Shown in pieces: positions 38,689 to 51,096 of a stretch of 64,000 nucleotides of DNA. Within the stretch, counting starts at the first letter, position 1. Each line of letters begins with the position of its first letter. The notes beneath the pieces were generated by a model, which had not been told where the DNA came from, made no database searches, and saw only the letters and a program-made list of their open reading frames with translations. Location: the NCBI GenBank assembly GCA_018402765.1, contig JAGYIE010000005.1, forward strand, positions 17,082 through 81,081, in the 5' to 3' direction. A program made the position numbers and the translations under genes. Origin of the DNA: Vicingaceae bacterium. Lineage in GTDB: Bacteria > Bacteroidota > Bacteroidia > Flavobacteriales_E > Vicingaceae.

Positions 38689-39555
38689 TTATCCTAAGTA
38701 TACTTTTAGGTTCTTACATCGTGTATTTAGACGGAGCCGTCGAATTGCCTTTTCTTTTATTTGCCTAACTCGTTCGCGTGTTAATTCAAAATGATCTCCT
38801 ATTTCCTCTAATGATAGCGGATTATTACCTGCCAATCCAAAGTAGAGTCGGATGACATCTGCTTCTCGTGAAGTAAGCGTTGTTAAGGTTCTTTCTATCT
38901 CATTTTTTAATGATTCTCTTATAAGAATATCATCAGGACCCGGAGTAGTTTCATTGATCATTAGGTCACACATGCTGCTGCTATCGTCATCTGTTGATAT
39001 TGGGGCATCTATACTAATATGCCTGCCAGAGTGTCTAAAGTTTTCATGAACATCGTTGGTTGTTAAGTCCAATACATCTGCGATCTCATCATGTGAAGGC
39101 TCTCGTTCAAACTTTTGCTCTAATTCTGAAAAAGCTCGCTTTATTTTATTGATTGATCCAATTTTATTGAGTGGTAATCTAACTATTCTTGCTTGTTCTG
39201 CTAAGGCTTGTAATATAGATTGACGAATCCACCATACGGCATAGGATATAAATTTAAAACCTCTAGTTTCGTCAAAACGCTGTGCCGCTTTTATTAACCC
39301 AAGGTTTCCTTCATTAATTAAATCGGGTAAACTCAAACCTTGATTTTGGTATTGCTTAGAAACTGATACTACAAATCTTAAGTTTGCTTTGGTAAGTTTT
39401 TCTAATGCTAAACTATCACCTTGTTTGATTTTTCTTGCTAGTTCAACCTCTTCTTCTGCAGTAATTAGTTCTACTCTGCCTATCTCCTGTAAATACTTGT
39501 CAAGAGAAACCGTTTCTCTATTGGTGACCTTTTTAGTTATTTTTAATTGCCTCAT
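38689..39555 (-). CDS. rpoD: RNA polymerase sigma70, RpoD/SigA family (Bacteroidota short form)
   Basis: MRQLKIT; LDKYLQEIG; [20 protein letters not shown]; [13 protein letters not shown]. Confidence 0.9.
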   Translation of the reverse strand: MRQLKITKKVTNRETVSLDKYLQEIGRVELITAEEEVELARKIKQGDSLALEKLTKANLRFVVSVSKQYQNQGLSLPDLINEGNLGLIKAAQRFDETRGFKFISYAVWWIRQSILQALAEQARIVRLPLNKIGSINKIKRAFSELEQKFEREPSHDEIADVLDLTTNDVHENFRHSGRHISIDAPISTDDDSSSMCDLMINETTPGPDDILIRESLKNEIERTLTTLTSREADVIRLYFGLAGNNPLSLEEIGDHFELTRERVRQIKEKAIRRLRLNTRCKNLKVYLG

Positions 39556-39707
39556 GAAAGAAGTTAATTTTTAGTTAGTACTAATCGGTCTCGAAAACTA
39601 AATCCCATAAATTTAACGAAAATTAACGCTCAAAAATCATGCGTACGTATTTATTGCAAAAATAGTTTGGTATTGAATAAATATTTTGATTAGCTATTAG
39701 TTAGCAC

Positions 39708-39745
39708 AAAAAAAAAGGCTAACCATTGGTCAGCCTCTTTTTTTT
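39708..39745 (-). terminator. pnp terminator (A/T runs on both sides)
   Basis: A9-GGCTAACC-ATT-GGTCAGCCT-C-T8. Confidence 0.8.
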
Positions 39746-39759
39746 CTATAAAAATTGAA

Positions 39760-41904
39760 TTAACTTTTTGCATCTTCTTTTTCAGGTTTTGGCAAAAGTG
39801 CTTTTCTCGAAAGTTTCAATTTTTTGGTTTTAGGATCAATTGCGATTAATTTCACCTCGATAATTTGACCTTCTTTAAGTTCATCTTCTACTTTTTCTAC
39901 TTTTTTGTGAGCGATCTCAGAGATATGCAGTAAACCATCTTGTCCAGGTATTACCTCTACAAAAGCACCAAAAGCTACGATAGATTTTACTTTTCCTTTA
40001 TAAACTTCGCCTATTTCAGGAACAGCTGTAATTGCTTTAATTCTAGCTAAAGCATCTTGAGCGCCGCCTCCATCTGTAGAAACGATATCGATAACTCCCT
40101 TTCCATCAATTTCTTCTAGCACAATAGTAGTGCCTGTTTCTTCCTGAATTGACTGAATAATTTTTCCACCTGGTCCAATTACTGCTCCTATCATTTCTTT
40201 AGGGATTGTAATTTGAATAATACGTGGAGCATTTGCTTTATAGTCTTCTCGAGGAGCAGATAATGTCTTCATCATTTCTCCCAAGATGTGCATGCGGCCT
40301 TCTTTTGCTTGATTTAATGCTTGCTCTAAAATTTCATAAGACAACCCTTCAACTTTAATATCCATCTGACATGCAGTAATACCGTCTTTCGTTCCGGTTA
40401 CTTTAAAGTCCATGTCTCCTAGATGATCTTCGTCACCTAATATATCAGAAAGCACTGCAAATTTGCCATCTTTACCGCTAATTAAACCCATAGCAATACC
40501 ACTTACTGGCTTTTTAATTTTTACACCCGCATCCATTAATGCTAATGTTCCTGCACATACAGTCGCCATTGATGATGATCCATTCGACTCTAAAATGTCA
40601 GAAACCACACGAATAGTATAAGGATTTTCATTCCCTGTTGGAATCATTGGTTTCAAAGCTCTTAAAGCAAGGTTACCATGTCCAATTTCTCTTCTACCTG
40701 GTCCTCTGTTTGGACGAGATTCCCCAGTTGAGAATGAAGGGAAGTTATAATGTAAAATGAATTTATCTGAACCTTCAAAAAGTGCAGCATCTATTCGTTG
40801 CTCATCTAATTTAGTTCCTAGTGTAACTGATGTTAGTGATTGTGTTTCTCCTCTTGTAAATACTGCCGAACCATGAGAACCAGGCAAATAACTTACTTCC
40901 GACCAAATCGGACGAATTTCAGTGGTCTTACGACCATCTAAACGTATCTTCTCATTCAGTATAGCATCTCTAACCGCTTCCTTTTCTACATCATGAAAAT
41001 ATTTCCCAATTAAGAATTTATTTTCAGCAACAGTTTCTTCATCTAAAGTCGCAACAAAGTTTTCTTTTACTTCGCTGAATAAACGCGCTCTTTCATGCTT
41101 GTCTGCTAAACCTTGCTTAGCGATATTATAGCAGGGTTGGTAGCAAGCTGCTTCCATTTGCTTTAATAAGTCTTCGTTACTTTTTTCGTGACTGTATTCA
41201 CGTTTAATTTTTGCTTTTTCAACTTGTGCAGCAAGTGCATTAATGCCTGCTAGTTGAATTTTAATGGTGTCATGTGCAATTTTAATCGCTTCTAGCATTT
41301 CTGCTTCTGAAACCTCTAACATTTCTCCTTCTACCATTACAACGCTATCTTGCGTTGCTGCAACCATGATATCTATATCTGCGGTTTTAATTTGATCAAA
41401 AGTTGGATTAATTACCCAAGCACCTTCGATTCTTGCTACTCTAACTTCTGAAATAGGTCCATTAAATGGAACATCAGATACTGCTAAAGCTGCTGATGCG
41501 GCTAAACAAGCTAGTGCATCTGGAGTTGTATTTTGTCCTGCAGAAATCAAAGAGATTTGCACCTGCGTATCTGCGTGGTAATCACTTGGAAATAGTGGAC
41601 GCAGTGCTCGGTCTACTAATCTACAAACTAATATTTCATAATCTGATGGTCTTGACTCTCGCTTTAAAAATCCCCCAGGAAATTTTCCTGCTGCAGAGAA
41701 TTTTTCTCTATAATCAACCATTAATGGCATAAAGTCGACATCCTCACCTGCAGTTTTTGCAGATACTACTGTTGCCAATAGCATTGTGTCACCTTGTTTT
41801 ACTACTACCGAACCATCGGCTTGTTTGGCTAATTTGCCAGTTTCGATTGAAATGGTCGTTCCATTTCCTAAATCGATTATTTGTTCAATTCCTAATTTTG
41901 ACAT
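39760..41904 (-). CDS. pnp: Polyribonucleotide nucleotidyltransferase
   Basis: [12 protein letters not shown]; RREIGHG; [11 protein letters not shown]; KH and S1 domains. Confidence 0.98.
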   Translation of the reverse strand: MSKLGIEQIIDLGNGTTISIETGKLAKQADGSVVVKQGDTMLLATVVSAKTAGEDVDFMPLMVDYREKFSAAGKFPGGFLKRESRPSDYEILVCRLVDRALRPLFPSDYHADTQVQISLISAGQNTTPDALACLAASAALAVSDVPFNGPISEVRVARIEGAWVINPTFDQIKTADIDIMVAATQDSVVMVEGEMLEVSEAEMLEAIKIAHDTIKIQLAGINALAAQVEKAKIKREYSHEKSNEDLLKQMEAACYQPCYNIAKQGLADKHERARLFSEVKENFVATLDEETVAENKFLIGKYFHDVEKEAVRDAILNEKIRLDGRKTTEIRPIWSEVSYLPGSHGSAVFTRGETQSLTSVTLGTKLDEQRIDAALFEGSDKFILHYNFPSFSTGESRPNRGPGRREIGHGNLALRALKPMIPTGNENPYTIRVVSDILESNGSSSMATVCAGTLALMDAGVKIKKPVSGIAMGLISGKDGKFAVLSDILGDEDHLGDMDFKVTGTKDGITACQMDIKVEGLSYEILEQALNQAKEGRMHILGEMMKTLSAPREDYKANAPRIIQITIPKEMIGAVIGPGGKIIQSIQEETGTTIVLEEIDGKGVIDIVSTDGGGAQDALARIKAITAVPEIGEVYKGKVKSIVAFGAFVEVIPGQDGLLHISEIAHKKVEKVEDELKEGQIIEVKLIAIDPKTKKLKLSRKALLPKPEKEDAKS

Positions 41905-41936
41905 ACTTATTGTTTTCTTTTTGTCAGTTGATAAAT

Positions 41937-41968
41937 AAAAAAGGGGAACATGTGTTTAACAGTCCCCC
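41937..41968 (-). terminator. Terminator between rpsO and pnp
   Basis: mRNA GGGGGACUGUUAAACACAUGUUCCCC-UUUUUU. Confidence 0.65.
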
Positions 41969-42013
41969 CAAATAGAATCTTATAGAATATATGTTAAAGA
42001 TTTTGTCAAGAAA

Positions 42014-42283
42014 TTACTTTCTAATTCCTAAATCTTTAATTAACTCTCTGTATTTGTTAATGTCTTTGTTCTTTAAGTAATCCAAAAGATTTCTTCTTTT
42101 ACCTACTAGTCTTACCAATGACCGCTCAGTGTTAAAGTCTTTATGATTTCTTTTTAAGTGCTCAGTAAGGTGACTAATGCGGTGAGTAAAAAGTGCTATT
42201 TGACCTTCAGTTGAACCTGTGTTGGTTTTGTTCTCTCCGTATTTTTCGAAAAATCCTTCTTTAATTTCTGTGGTAAGATACAT
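42014..42283 (-). CDS. rpsO: 30S ribosomal protein S15
   Basis: TGSTEGQIALFTHRISHLTEHLK...LVGKRRNLLDYL; -7 element TACATTTG at 42325-42318. Confidence 0.98.
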   Translation of the reverse strand: MYLTTEIKEGFFEKYGENKTNTGSTEGQIALFTHRISHLTEHLKRNHKDFNTERSLVRLVGKRRNLLDYLKNKDINKYRELIKDLGIRK

Positions 42284-42356
42284 ATCTAATCTTTTATTCT
42301 TGTAAATTTTAAGGGTGCAAATGTAATAAAATTATTTAATAAATTGCTTTTTTAGC

Positions 42357-43202
42357 TTAATTTTTAAATAAATTCAATACTTGATTTAATTTTGATTTTA
42401 ACTGTTTTCTATTAACTATAAAGTCAAGAAAGCCATGCTCTAGCAGGAATTCAGATGTTTGAAAATCTTTAGGCAAATCTTTACCTATCGTTTCTTTTAC
42501 AACTCTAGGGCCTGCAAATCCAATTAGCGCTCCAGGCTCTGCTATATTTATATCACCAAGCATAGCAAATGAAGCGGTAATTCCGCCTGTTGTAGGATCT
42601 GTTAATAAAGAAATATAAGGAATACCTGCTTTAGAAAGCTGTGAAAGCTTAGCCGATGTTTTCGCCATTTGCATTAGAGAAAAGGCCGCTTCCATCATTC
42701 TTGCTCCACCTGATTTTGAAATCATCAAGAATGGAATTTTATGCTCTAGTGAGTAATCTATTGCTCTTGCAATTTTTTCACCAACTACAGAGCCCATAGA
42801 ACCACCAATGAAAGCAAAATCCATTGCTGCTACTACCAATTGATTTTCATCTACTAGACCTACGGCAGTTCTTACGGCGTCTTTTAGTTTGGTTTTCTTT
42901 TGCGTCGCTTTAAGTCGATCAGTATATTTTTTTGTATCTATAAATTTTAATGGATCTCCTGACGTCATATCAGGATTTAATTCCAAATACTGACCCTCAT
43001 TAAATAGAATCTGAAAATACTCCTCTGAGCTTGCCCTTTCATGATACCCACATTCCTCGCAAACCTTTTGATTTTCTAGATGGTCGTTGTTGGGTACCAC
43101 GTGTTTACATTTTGGACAGCTATACCACAATCCTTCAGGTAATTCCTTTTTCTCCCTAGTAGGAGTAAGGATCCCTTCTTTTATTCTTTTGAACCAACTC
43201 AT
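42357..43202 (-). CDS. accD: Acetyl-CoA carboxylase carboxyltransferase beta subunit
   Basis: C4 zinc finger CPKC...CEEC; [11 protein letters not shown]; SGGARMME; ATG (MSWFKR) at 43202. Confidence 0.97.
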   Translation of the reverse strand: MSWFKRIKEGILTPTREKKELPEGLWYSCPKCKHVVPNNDHLENQKVCEECGYHERASSEEYFQILFNEGQYLELNPDMTSGDPLKFIDTKKYTDRLKATQKKTKLKDAVRTAVGLVDENQLVVAAMDFAFIGGSMGSVVGEKIARAIDYSLEHKIPFLMISKSGGARMMEAAFSLMQMAKTSAKLSQLSKAGIPYISLLTDPTTGGITASFAMLGDINIAEPGALIGFAGPRVVKETIGKDLPKDFQTSEFLLEHGFLDFIVNRKQLKSKLNQVLNLFKN

Positions 43203-43225
43203 TTGCTCTTCTGCCTCCAAATTTT

Positions 43226-44284
43226 TTAGCTTATGGTAATATCATTAGATAAGTAAACATCTTGAATGGTATTCAATAATTGAATTCCTTCATTTATTGG
43301 TTTTTGGAATGCTTTTCTTCCTGAAATCAAACCGTGTCCACCTGCTCTTTTATTAATTACAGCTGTTGTTACAGCATCTGATAAATCTGAAGCTCCTGCA
43401 GATGCTCCTCCTGAATTGATAAGTCCATTTCTTCCCATGTAACAGTTTGCTACTTGGTATCGGCATAAATCAATTGGATGATCTGTAGTCAAATCAGAAT
43501 ATACTTTTTTATGTGTCTTGCCAAAGTTAATTACATTATAACCACCATTGTTAGTTGGTAATTTTTGCTTTATAATATCTGCTTGTATAGTTACACCAAG
43601 ATGATTTGCTTGCGCAGTAATGTCTGTAGCTGAATGGAAATCTACTCCATCTTTTTTAAAGCCAGGATTTCTTAGGTAGCACCACAATATAGTAGCCATA
43701 CCTAACTCATGGGCTCTTTCGAATGCTTGCGAAATCTCAACAATTTGACGATTACTGTCGTCAGAACCAAAATAAATTGTTGCTCCTACCGCTGTTGCTC
43801 CTAGATTCCATGCCTCATCAACAGATCCAAATGATATTTGAGAATAACTTTCTGGGTAACTTAAAAATTCATTATGATTTAACTTAACTATAAATGGAAT
43901 TTTGTGAGCATACTTTCTAGAACACGCAGCTAAAACGCCAAATGTAGAAGCTACTCCATTACATCCTCCTTCTATGGCTAATTTAACGATGTTTTCAGGA
44001 TCAAAGAAAATTGGATTCGGAGCAAATGATGCCCCTGCTGAATGCTCAATGCCTTGGTCAACAGGTAGGATGCTTACATATCCTGTATTGGCTAATCTTC
44101 CATGTCCATAAATTGCTTGTAAACTTCTTAAGACCTGTGGGTTTCTATTTGTATCCTTAAAAGAACGATCAATGAAATCTGCACCTGGAAGGTGAAGTAA
44201 ATCTTTGCTTATGGTCTTGCATTCATGGTTTAAAAGATGATCGGCATCTTTTCCTAGTAAGTCTACAATATTGCTATAGGACAT
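43226..44284 (-). CDS. fbaB: Class I fructose-bisphosphate aldolase (DhnA-type)
   Basis: [16 protein letters not shown]; ADIIKQKLP; [10 protein letters not shown]; ATG at 44284 downstream of a -7 element (44327-44320). Confidence 0.95.
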   Translation of the reverse strand: MSYSNIVDLLGKDADHLLNHECKTISKDLLHLPGADFIDRSFKDTNRNPQVLRSLQAIYGHGRLANTGYVSILPVDQGIEHSAGASFAPNPIFFDPENIVKLAIEGGCNGVASTFGVLAACSRKYAHKIPFIVKLNHNEFLSYPESYSQISFGSVDEAWNLGATAVGATIYFGSDDSNRQIVEISQAFERAHELGMATILWCYLRNPGFKKDGVDFHSATDITAQANHLGVTIQADIIKQKLPTNNGGYNVINFGKTHKKVYSDLTTDHPIDLCRYQVANCYMGRNGLINSGGASAGASDLSDAVTTAVINKRAGGHGLISGRKAFQKPINEGIQLLNTIQDVYLSNDITIS

Positions 44285-44392
44285 CTGGTTTTCTTTAAAG
44301 ATTGTTTTATACTGGAGCACAAAACTAATAAAATTATAAAAGATGCAACTTTTGTTCGTTGCTTAAATTGATTGAATTATTAACCAAGCGTT

Positions 44393-45412
44393 CTATTGCA
44401 TTTGAGGTAGTGCAATTTTTAAAAGCTCCAAGGTATTCTCTGGTAAATTTAAATGGGTGACAAATCTTATTTTAGATTGTCCCATTTTTACTGCTCTTAT
44501 ACCTAAGACGTTCAACTTATTTAGCAACTCTTCTGTTTGATAACTTTTTGAATGTTCAAAGATTATAATATTGGTTTCAATTTTACTTACTTTTTCTACA
44601 AAAGTCTGATCGTTTAATAGTTTACCTATTTTTTGCGCTAATAGATGATCTTCTTTTAATCTGGTTACATTATTTTGTAATGCGTATAACCCTGCTGCTG
44701 CTATATACCCTGTTTGTCGCATCCCACCACCTAAAATTTTTCTAATTCTTCGGGCTTTCTTAATAAAATCAGCGTTGCCAAGTAATAAGGACCCTATAGG
44801 AGCACCAAGCCCTTTTGACAAACAAATTGAAATAGAATCGAAACAATTACCATAGTCAATCTCACGCTCCTCTGTCTCAATGAGTGCATTGAACAACCTT
44901 GCACCATCCAAATGCAGTGGAATATTATGTTGATTACAAACAGCTTTAATCTTCTTTATTTCTGTAAAATCATAAAATACACCGCCTCCTTTATTTACTG
45001 TATTTTCTAAACTTACTAACTGAGTCGGAGGAGCATGTACATCATCAGGATTGATGTTTTGGAGTACCTGATCTGCCGTTATTTTTCCACTAATTCCCTC
45101 GATTAATCGAGTGGATAATCCTGAATTAAAGCCTATGCCACCACCCTCATAATGATATATGTGGGATAAATCTCCGCATATAACTTCTCCTGGGCTTTGG
45201 GTATGCACCTTTATTGCAATCTGATTGGTCATGGTACCTGAGGGACAAAAAAGGGCTGCTTCCATGCCAAATAATGATGCTGCATATTTTTCTAATTCAA
45301 TTGTAGTAGGATCATCACCTAAAACATCATCTCCAATTTTAGCGGACATCATTACTTTCAACATTTTTTTAGTCGGTTGTGTGACAGTGTCGCTGCGAAA
45401 ATCAATTATCAT
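44393..45412 (-). CDS. ltaE: Low-specificity L-threonine aldolase
   Basis: DFRSDTVTQPT; PSGTMTNQIA; HLDGARLFNA; CLSKGLGAP. Confidence 0.94.
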   Translation of the reverse strand: MIIDFRSDTVTQPTKKMLKVMMSAKIGDDVLGDDPTTIELEKYAASLFGMEAALFCPSGTMTNQIAIKVHTQSPGEVICGDLSHIYHYEGGGIGFNSGLSTRLIEGISGKITADQVLQNINPDDVHAPPTQLVSLENTVNKGGGVFYDFTEIKKIKAVCNQHNIPLHLDGARLFNALIETEEREIDYGNCFDSISICLSKGLGAPIGSLLLGNADFIKKARRIRKILGGGMRQTGYIAAAGLYALQNNVTRLKEDHLLAQKIGKLLNDQTFVEKVSKIETNIIIFEHSKSYQTEELLNKLNVLGIRAVKMGQSKIRFVTHLNLPENTLELLKIALPQMQ

Positions 45413-45450
45413 ATATTTGCTTTATATTTTATCAGCCAATTTACTAAGCT

Positions 45451-46161
45451 ATGCGCTTCATCACTTTAATTACATTTATTTTTTTTTCAACTTTATTGAT
45501 GTCGCAAGAAGAAAAAGTGGATGAATACAATAGAAATTTAGACGATTTAACTATACCAAAACGGGGTCCAAATAAATCTAAATATACGCATGCTTTTTTA
45601 GCCTATGGGTTTTTGGTAGGCCCATCAGAAGGAGATAGTTCATCTATAAAATATGGCAATTCTTCTACGTTTAGCGTAGGTTTTAGAAATAAGTATAGAC
45701 TAACTAAATTTTATGAGGTAGGATTTGATTTCTCTTACTTAAGAACACGATTTCTCCCTATTCAAGATTCTGCTAAAAATGTTCCTAATAGAGCGCTACA
45801 CGATAAAGAAATGATTGCTACAAACGCTCTAGAATTATTTGTGTTTAATCGGTTTAAGTTTAAAAATAAAGAGCATTCTGCAGGAATATTCTTAGACCTA
45901 GGCGCATATGGAAATTGGAACTATCGAACTGTACATTATACCAAAAATGAACGTGGGATTTCAGGAGCCAAAGAGCGAGTGATTAAAAATTACAATCTAG
46001 ACTATTTGAATAACTATGCCTATGGAGTGGCAGCAAGAATGGGGTTTAACCGTTTTGCATTAGATATACGATACAAATTGTCGAACGTATTCTCCACTAA
46101 TTCTAAGTATGGAGAGTTTCCAAACCTTTCCATAGGTTTGCAGTTGGGACTGCATCAATAA
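45451..46161 (+). CDS. Outer-membrane beta-barrel (porin-like) protein
   Basis: signal peptide; alternating beta-strand pattern; C-terminal LSIGLQLGLH. Confidence 0.65.
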   Translation: MRFITLITFIFFSTLLMSQEEKVDEYNRNLDDLTIPKRGPNKSKYTHAFLAYGFLVGPSEGDSSSIKYGNSSTFSVGFRNKYRLTKFYEVGFDFSYLRTRFLPIQDSAKNVPNRALHDKEMIATNALELFVFNRFKFKNKEHSAGIFLDLGAYGNWNYRTVHYTKNERGISGAKERVIKNYNLDYLNNYAYGVAARMGFNRFALDIRYKLSNVFSTNSKYGEFPNLSIGLQLGLHQ

Positions 46162-46163
46162 CT

Positions 46164-46469
46164 TTATAACCCCATTCCCGGTAAAAATCCTTTGGCAGCT
46201 CCTGCCATTTCGGCATTGGCTACATTTTCTGCCTTTTCAAGTGCTTTATTTAGCGCAATCATCACTAAATCTTCTATCTGTTCTTTATCTCTTTCATTCA
46301 TTAACTCTTCGCTGATGGAAATAGAGGTTACTTTTTTATTCGCGGTTATGATTACTCTCACCTTCCCATTTTCGGCTTCACCATCTACGCTTATTGTATC
46401 TAACCTTTTTTTAATTTCTTCTGTTTGTTGCTTCATTTCTTGCAACTTACTCATCATGTCTCCAAACAT
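46164..46469 (-). CDS. ybaB: YbaB/EbfC nucleoid-associated protein
   Basis: GEAENGKVRV...IEDLVMIALNKALEKA. Confidence 0.9.
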   Translation of the reverse strand: MFGDMMSKLQEMKQQTEEIKKRLDTISVDGEAENGKVRVIITANKKVTSISISEELMNERDKEQIEDLVMIALNKALEKAENVANAEMAGAAKGFLPGMGL

Positions 46470-46472
46470 AGC

Positions 46473-46652
46473 TTAATCGTTTTTTTCAAAGTTTTTACGT
46501 ATAAAATAAGTAGCAAGTAGCCAAATTACAAACGCGCCTAATGCGATGTATTTTGTTAGAGGACTTTCGTCTCCGAAAACAAAAAAACTAACTCCTATAA
46601 TTCCAAATAGAATAATGGCTACTATGCCTTTAACTTGGTCTTTTCTATACAT
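46473..46652 (-). CDS. 59-aa two-TM membrane protein (below ORF-track cutoff)
   Basis: MYRKDQVKGIVAIILFGIIGVSFFVFGDESPLTKYIALGAFVIWLLATYFIRKNFEKND; stop 3 nt before ybaB; -7 element TAAATTTG (46665-46658) 5 nt before the ATG. Confidence 0.7.
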   Translation of the reverse strand: MYRKDQVKGIVAIILFGIIGVSFFVFGDESPLTKYIALGAFVIWLLATYFIRKNFEKND

Positions 46653-46728
46653 GATTGCAAATTTAGTAAACTAAGACTGGATTAAAGCCTGCTCATTTTA
46701 ATTACTTTTGGTTAACAAAAATAGAAAT

Positions 46729-47925
46729 ATGAATATTATCCTCTTTGATGATCACTATAGGGTTGAATTACTTCCTTTTACATTCACTAGAACTGCTGCA
46801 CAGCTAAGAATAGGCATCGATACTATAGAGGAGAAATGGGGCCGATTATTAACAAATGAAATCGAAACGGGAGAGTCTGAGATTTCTTACTTGACAGAAG
46901 ATTTTCTTTCTAGTAAATATGGAGTTTGTTACAGTAGCCAAAATGTTTACATCAATGCGCGGGTAGTTCCCACTCATCAACTTTTAGAGGTAATTCGTGA
47001 ATTACAAGAAAAAGAGGTATTGTTTACAAACGATGAAATTATTGCGTTTAAGTCATCAGAAGAATTATCTTATATAGAACTTCAAAAACTTGAAGGTACC
47101 AAGTTACTTGACTTCGAGCTTATGTTAATTCGGCATTGGAGTGACTTATTTTTGAATAATGGGGCTGTATTAATGTCAGATTTTGATCAGATTACCGATG
47201 GAAGAAAATCCCATTTGTTAGATTCAACGAACACTGTTTTAGGCGACATAAATCAAATTTTTATTGAAGAAGGAGTTGAAATAGAAGCGACAATTTTAAA
47301 TACTAGAAAGGGGCCAATTTACATTGGATCCAATGCTCAAGTTATGGAAGGATCAATTATTAGAGGTCCGTTTGCTATGGGAGAATTTTCGGTAGTAAAA
47401 TGTGGAAGTAAAATATATGGACCTACTACCCTTGGGCCATATTGTAAAGTAGGGGGAGAAATTAATAATTCCATTATAATGGGATACTCGAATAAGGGTC
47501 ATGAAGGATTTCTAGGTAACTCAATAATAGGAGAGTGGTGTAATCTAGGCGCGGACACCAACAATTCAAATTTGAAGAATAATTACTCATCCGTTAGCTG
47601 CTACAATTATACTTCAGAAAAATTAGAAGATACAGGATTGCAATTTTGTGGTTTAGCGATGGGCGATCATTCTAAAAGTGGCATTAATACAATGTTTAAT
47701 ACAGGAACAGTGGTTGGAGTATGTGCAAATGTTTTTGGGGGAGGATTTCCATTAAAGCACATACCTAGTTTTAGTTGGGGAGGAAGTGAAGGTATTGAGA
47801 AGTTTAGATTAGAAAAGGCCTTTGAAGTTGCTCAGCGGATGATGGAGAGAAGGTCTATTGAACTTTCTAAAGATGAAAAGGAAATTTTAAAATTCATTTT
47901 TGAAAACACTACAATTAACCAATAG
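46729..47925 (+). CDS. GlmU-like sugar nucleotidyltransferase / hexapeptide protein
   Basis: LLPFTFTRTAAQLRIGI; NKGHEGFLGNSIIGEWCNLGADTNNSNLKNNY; -7 element TACTTTTG at 46703-46710. Confidence 0.88.
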   Translation: MNIILFDDHYRVELLPFTFTRTAAQLRIGIDTIEEKWGRLLTNEIETGESEISYLTEDFLSSKYGVCYSSQNVYINARVVPTHQLLEVIRELQEKEVLFTNDEIIAFKSSEELSYIELQKLEGTKLLDFELMLIRHWSDLFLNNGAVLMSDFDQITDGRKSHLLDSTNTVLGDINQIFIEEGVEIEATILNTRKGPIYIGSNAQVMEGSIIRGPFAMGEFSVVKCGSKIYGPTTLGPYCKVGGEINNSIIMGYSNKGHEGFLGNSIIGEWCNLGADTNNSNLKNNYSSVSCYNYTSEKLEDTGLQFCGLAMGDHSKSGINTMFNTGTVVGVCANVFGGGFPLKHIPSFSWGGSEGIEKFRLEKAFEVAQRMMERRSIELSKDEKEILKFIFENTTINQ

Positions 47926-48044
47926 TTGCCAAATTTTCCGATTCTAAAAGTTGGCATAACCCTTGGATTGCTTAAAAAGAAGATTAGAATAGGGCAGAAA
48001 TATCAATTGGACTGCCATTATGACTATAAAGATAAAGGATATAC

Positions 48045-50489
48045 ATGAAAAAGAGCTTTAATTTCGATCACTTAAATTTTTCAGAAGTGGTAGATGAAGA
48101 AACAGAATTTATACCATTGATGACTACGGAAGATGAGGAGAATATGAACTCCGAAGAGATTCCTGAAACGTTATCAATTTTACCACTTAAAAATACCGTA
48201 TTATTCCCGGGTGTTGTAATTCCAATTACTGTGGGACGCGATAAATCAATTAAATTAATTCAAGATGCTAACAAAGGTGATAAAACCATCGGTGTAGTGG
48301 CACAACTGGATGATAAAATTGAAGACCCTACCATTGATGAAATGAATAAAGTGGGTACAATTGCAAGAATTCTGAAAATGTTTAGAATGCCTGATGGAAA
48401 TACTACGGTAATCATCCAAGGAAAAAAAAGGTTTGAGTTAATAGAATTTACAGAAACAGAACCGTATCATAAAGCCTCTATTAAGGCTTATGAAGTGGGG
48501 GATGTTCCATCAGATGACGCCTTTTCTGCATTGATAGAATCTCTTAAGGATATGTCTTTACGGATTATTGAAAATTCGCCTAATTTGCCATCAGAGGCTT
48601 CGTTTGCCATTAAGAATATTGATAGTAATTCATTTCTAATCAATTTTATTGCTTCTAATATGAATGCTACTGTAGAACAAAAGCAGAAAATATTAATGGA
48701 GCAAGATATCAAGGAGAGAGCTTTAATGTTATTGACCCATCTATCGAAAGATTTACAGCTGCTAGAGCTAAAGAATGATATTCAGAGTAAAGTTAAAACG
48801 GATATTGACAAGCAACAAAAAGAGTATTTCTTGCATCAGCAAATGAAAATGATTCAAGAGGAGTTGGGCGGAAATCCTCAAGAACAGGAAGTTGAAGAAT
48901 ACAAGAAAAAGGCATTAAAAAAGAAGTGGCCTAAATCAGTAAAAGAACGATTTGATAAAGAGTTAGGGAAGTTGCAACGAATGAATTCAGCTTCTGCTGA
49001 ATACTCCGTTCAAGTTAACTATGTAGAAACGTTAATTGACTTACCTTGGAATGAGTACACTAAAGATAAATTTGATCTTAAGAAAGCTCAAAAAGTATTG
49101 GATCGTGATCATTTTGGATTGAAAGAGGTTAAAAAACGAATAATTGAACATTTAGCAGTTTTAAAGCTAAAAGGAGATATGAAATCTCCAATTTTGTGTT
49201 TATATGGACCTCCAGGCGTCGGTAAAACATCTTTAGGGAAATCAATTGCGGAAGCATTAGGTCGTAAGTATGTTCGGATGTCATTAGGTGGCTTAAGAGA
49301 TGAAGCCGAGTTGAGAGGGCACCGTAAAACATATATAGGAGCGATGCCTGGCAGAATATTACAAAGCCTAAAAAAGACGAAAACGTCTAACCCGGTGTTT
49401 GTGCTCGACGAAATAGATAAGCTGGGCTCAGATCATCATGGAGATCCATCATCAGCAATGCTTGAAGTATTAGACCCTGAGCAAAATGGAACATTTTACG
49501 ACAACTTTGTTGAAATGGATTATGATCTTTCAAAGATTTTATTCATCGCTACCGCAAATAATTTGAGTTCTATACAGCCAGCTTTGCGCGATAGGATGGA
49601 AATTATTGAGATCAATGGTTATACAGTAGAAGAAAAGATAGAAATTGCTAAAAAACATCTTTTGCCTAGCCTAATCGAGTCGCACGGAATTAAGAAAAGT
49701 GATATCACTGTTTCTAAAGAAGTGATAGAAAAAGTTTGTGAAGAGTATACAAGAGAATCTGGTGTTCGTGGGTTAGAGAAGAAATTAGCAAGCATAGTGC
49801 GATATGTTGCAAAATCTATTGCTTTAGAAGAGGAATATAATTCAGCTATATCGGTTGATGATTTACAGCAAATTTTAGGACCTGGACACTCTAAGGATAA
49901 GTACCAAGGAAATGATGTGGCAGGAGTAGTTACAGGCCTAGCCTGGACATCTGTCGGTGGAGATATTTTATTTATAGAAACAAGCTTAAGTAAAGGAAAA
50001 GGAAAATTTACCTTAACTGGTAACCTTGGTAATGTGATGAAGGAATCTGCAACTTTGGCTTTAGAGTATTTAAAAGCTCATGCAGACTCCCTGAACTTAA
50101 CCACGGAAGTTTTTGACAATTGGAATGTGCATATTCATGTCCCTGAGGGAGCAACTCCTAAGGACGGTCCTTCTGCAGGTATAGCAATGCTAACAGCCTT
50201 AGCATCTGCATTTACCCAACGTAAAGTGAAACGTAATTTAGCAATGACAGGAGAGATAACGTTAAGGGGTCGCGTTTTACCTGTTGGTGGAATTAAAGAA
50301 AAAATATTAGCTGCAAAACGTGCTGATATTAAAGAGATTATTCTTTCAGCTGATAATGAAAAGGACATTAAAGAGATTGATGCTTCTTACTTAAAAGGCT
50401 TAAAATTTCATTACGTAACAGAGATGATCGACGTTATTGACTTAGCATTGCTAAAAACCAAGGTTGATAACCCAATTACGATAAGTTAA
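48045..50489 (+). CDS. lon: ATP-dependent protease La
   Basis: GPPGVGKTS; DEIDK; PKDGPSAG; LPVGGIKEK. Confidence 0.98.
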   Translation: MKKSFNFDHLNFSEVVDEETEFIPLMTTEDEENMNSEEIPETLSILPLKNTVLFPGVVIPITVGRDKSIKLIQDANKGDKTIGVVAQLDDKIEDPTIDEMNKVGTIARILKMFRMPDGNTTVIIQGKKRFELIEFTETEPYHKASIKAYEVGDVPSDDAFSALIESLKDMSLRIIENSPNLPSEASFAIKNIDSNSFLINFIASNMNATVEQKQKILMEQDIKERALMLLTHLSKDLQLLELKNDIQSKVKTDIDKQQKEYFLHQQMKMIQEELGGNPQEQEVEEYKKKALKKKWPKSVKERFDKELGKLQRMNSASAEYSVQVNYVETLIDLPWNEYTKDKFDLKKAQKVLDRDHFGLKEVKKRIIEHLAVLKLKGDMKSPILCLYGPPGVGKTSLGKSIAEALGRKYVRMSLGGLRDEAELRGHRKTYIGAMPGRILQSLKKTKTSNPVFVLDEIDKLGSDHHGDPSSAMLEVLDPEQNGTFYDNFVEMDYDLSKILFIATANNLSSIQPALRDRMEIIEINGYTVEEKIEIAKKHLLPSLIESHGIKKSDITVSKEVIEKVCEEYTRESGVRGLEKKLASIVRYVAKSIALEEEYNSAISVDDLQQILGPGHSKDKYQGNDVAGVVTGLAWTSVGGDILFIETSLSKGKGKFTLTGNLGNVMKESATLALEYLKAHADSLNLTTEVFDNWNVHIHVPEGATPKDGPSAGIAMLTALASAFTQRKVKRNLAMTGEITLRGRVLPVGGIKEKILAAKRADIKEIILSADNEKDIKEIDASYLKGLKFHYVTEMIDVIDLALLKTKVDNPITIS

Positions 50490-50504
50490 AATTGAAGTAA
50501 ACAC

Positions 50505-50545
50505 AAAAAAAGCCTCATTCTTATTTTAAGAATGAGGCTTTTTTT
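50505..50545. terminator. Bidirectional intrinsic terminator
   Basis: A7-GCCTCATTCTT-ATTTT-AAGAATGAGGC-T7 between convergent genes. Confidence 0.9.
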
Positions 50546-50558
50546 ATATTTCAAAGTA

Positions 50559-51053
50559 TTACTTTTTTGTAAAAGTAATATCAGTTTTAACAGTTAAATT
50601 AGTTGTGCTATCTAATTCAGAAGCGGTTAGCTTTAGCTGAGTGCCTGTATTGGATAAGATAGTAAATGTTTCTCCATCTCCACCACCATCATCAATCGTA
50701 AGCGTTTTGTTTCCTGAACTTAATTCTCTTAATTCATAATTAAAGCTTTCTCTTTGTGGATCTGTTGGGTCACATTTAGTTGCTCCTTCATCATAATACC
50801 CACTATTGTCATTTCTGAAATGTATAAGATCATCTTTATCACATTCATCAAAATCTGCAAAAGTATAAAAAGGTATTCCGCCAATTGATACAGTAAATTC
50901 GGTTATCCCGAAATCTTTATCTACTAGTTTTTGCTTTTCAGTTTGGGTTGGGGCTGTTACAGTGTCATCATCATCATCTTTGTCACATGAAGATAAAAGA
51001 CTCACAGATAAAATTGCTGCAAGTATAGCAGACTTAAATGCTATTTTTTTCAT
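50559..51053 (-). CDS. Lipocalin-like lipoprotein
   Basis: MKKIAFK...LLSSC-DKDDDDD; ECDKDDLIHF; DEGATKCDPTDPQ; ATG at 51053 removes the overlap with kdsC. Confidence 0.78.
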   Translation of the reverse strand: MKKIAFKSAILAAILSVSLLSSCDKDDDDDTVTAPTQTEKQKLVDKDFGITEFTVSIGGIPFYTFADFDECDKDDLIHFRNDNSGYYDEGATKCDPTDPQRESFNYELRELSSGNKTLTIDDGGGDGETFTILSNTGTQLKLTASELDSTTNLTVKTDITFTKK

Positions 51054-51096
51054 TTTTTTAAGATTAATTTTTCCAAATATATATAATAAATTCTTT

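Noticed and set aside
38689-39555. Sigma factor as an unusual diverged paralogue
   Set aside because: Regions 2-4 are canonical and the pnp/rpe context is ordinary; paralogy cannot be judged without the rest of the genome
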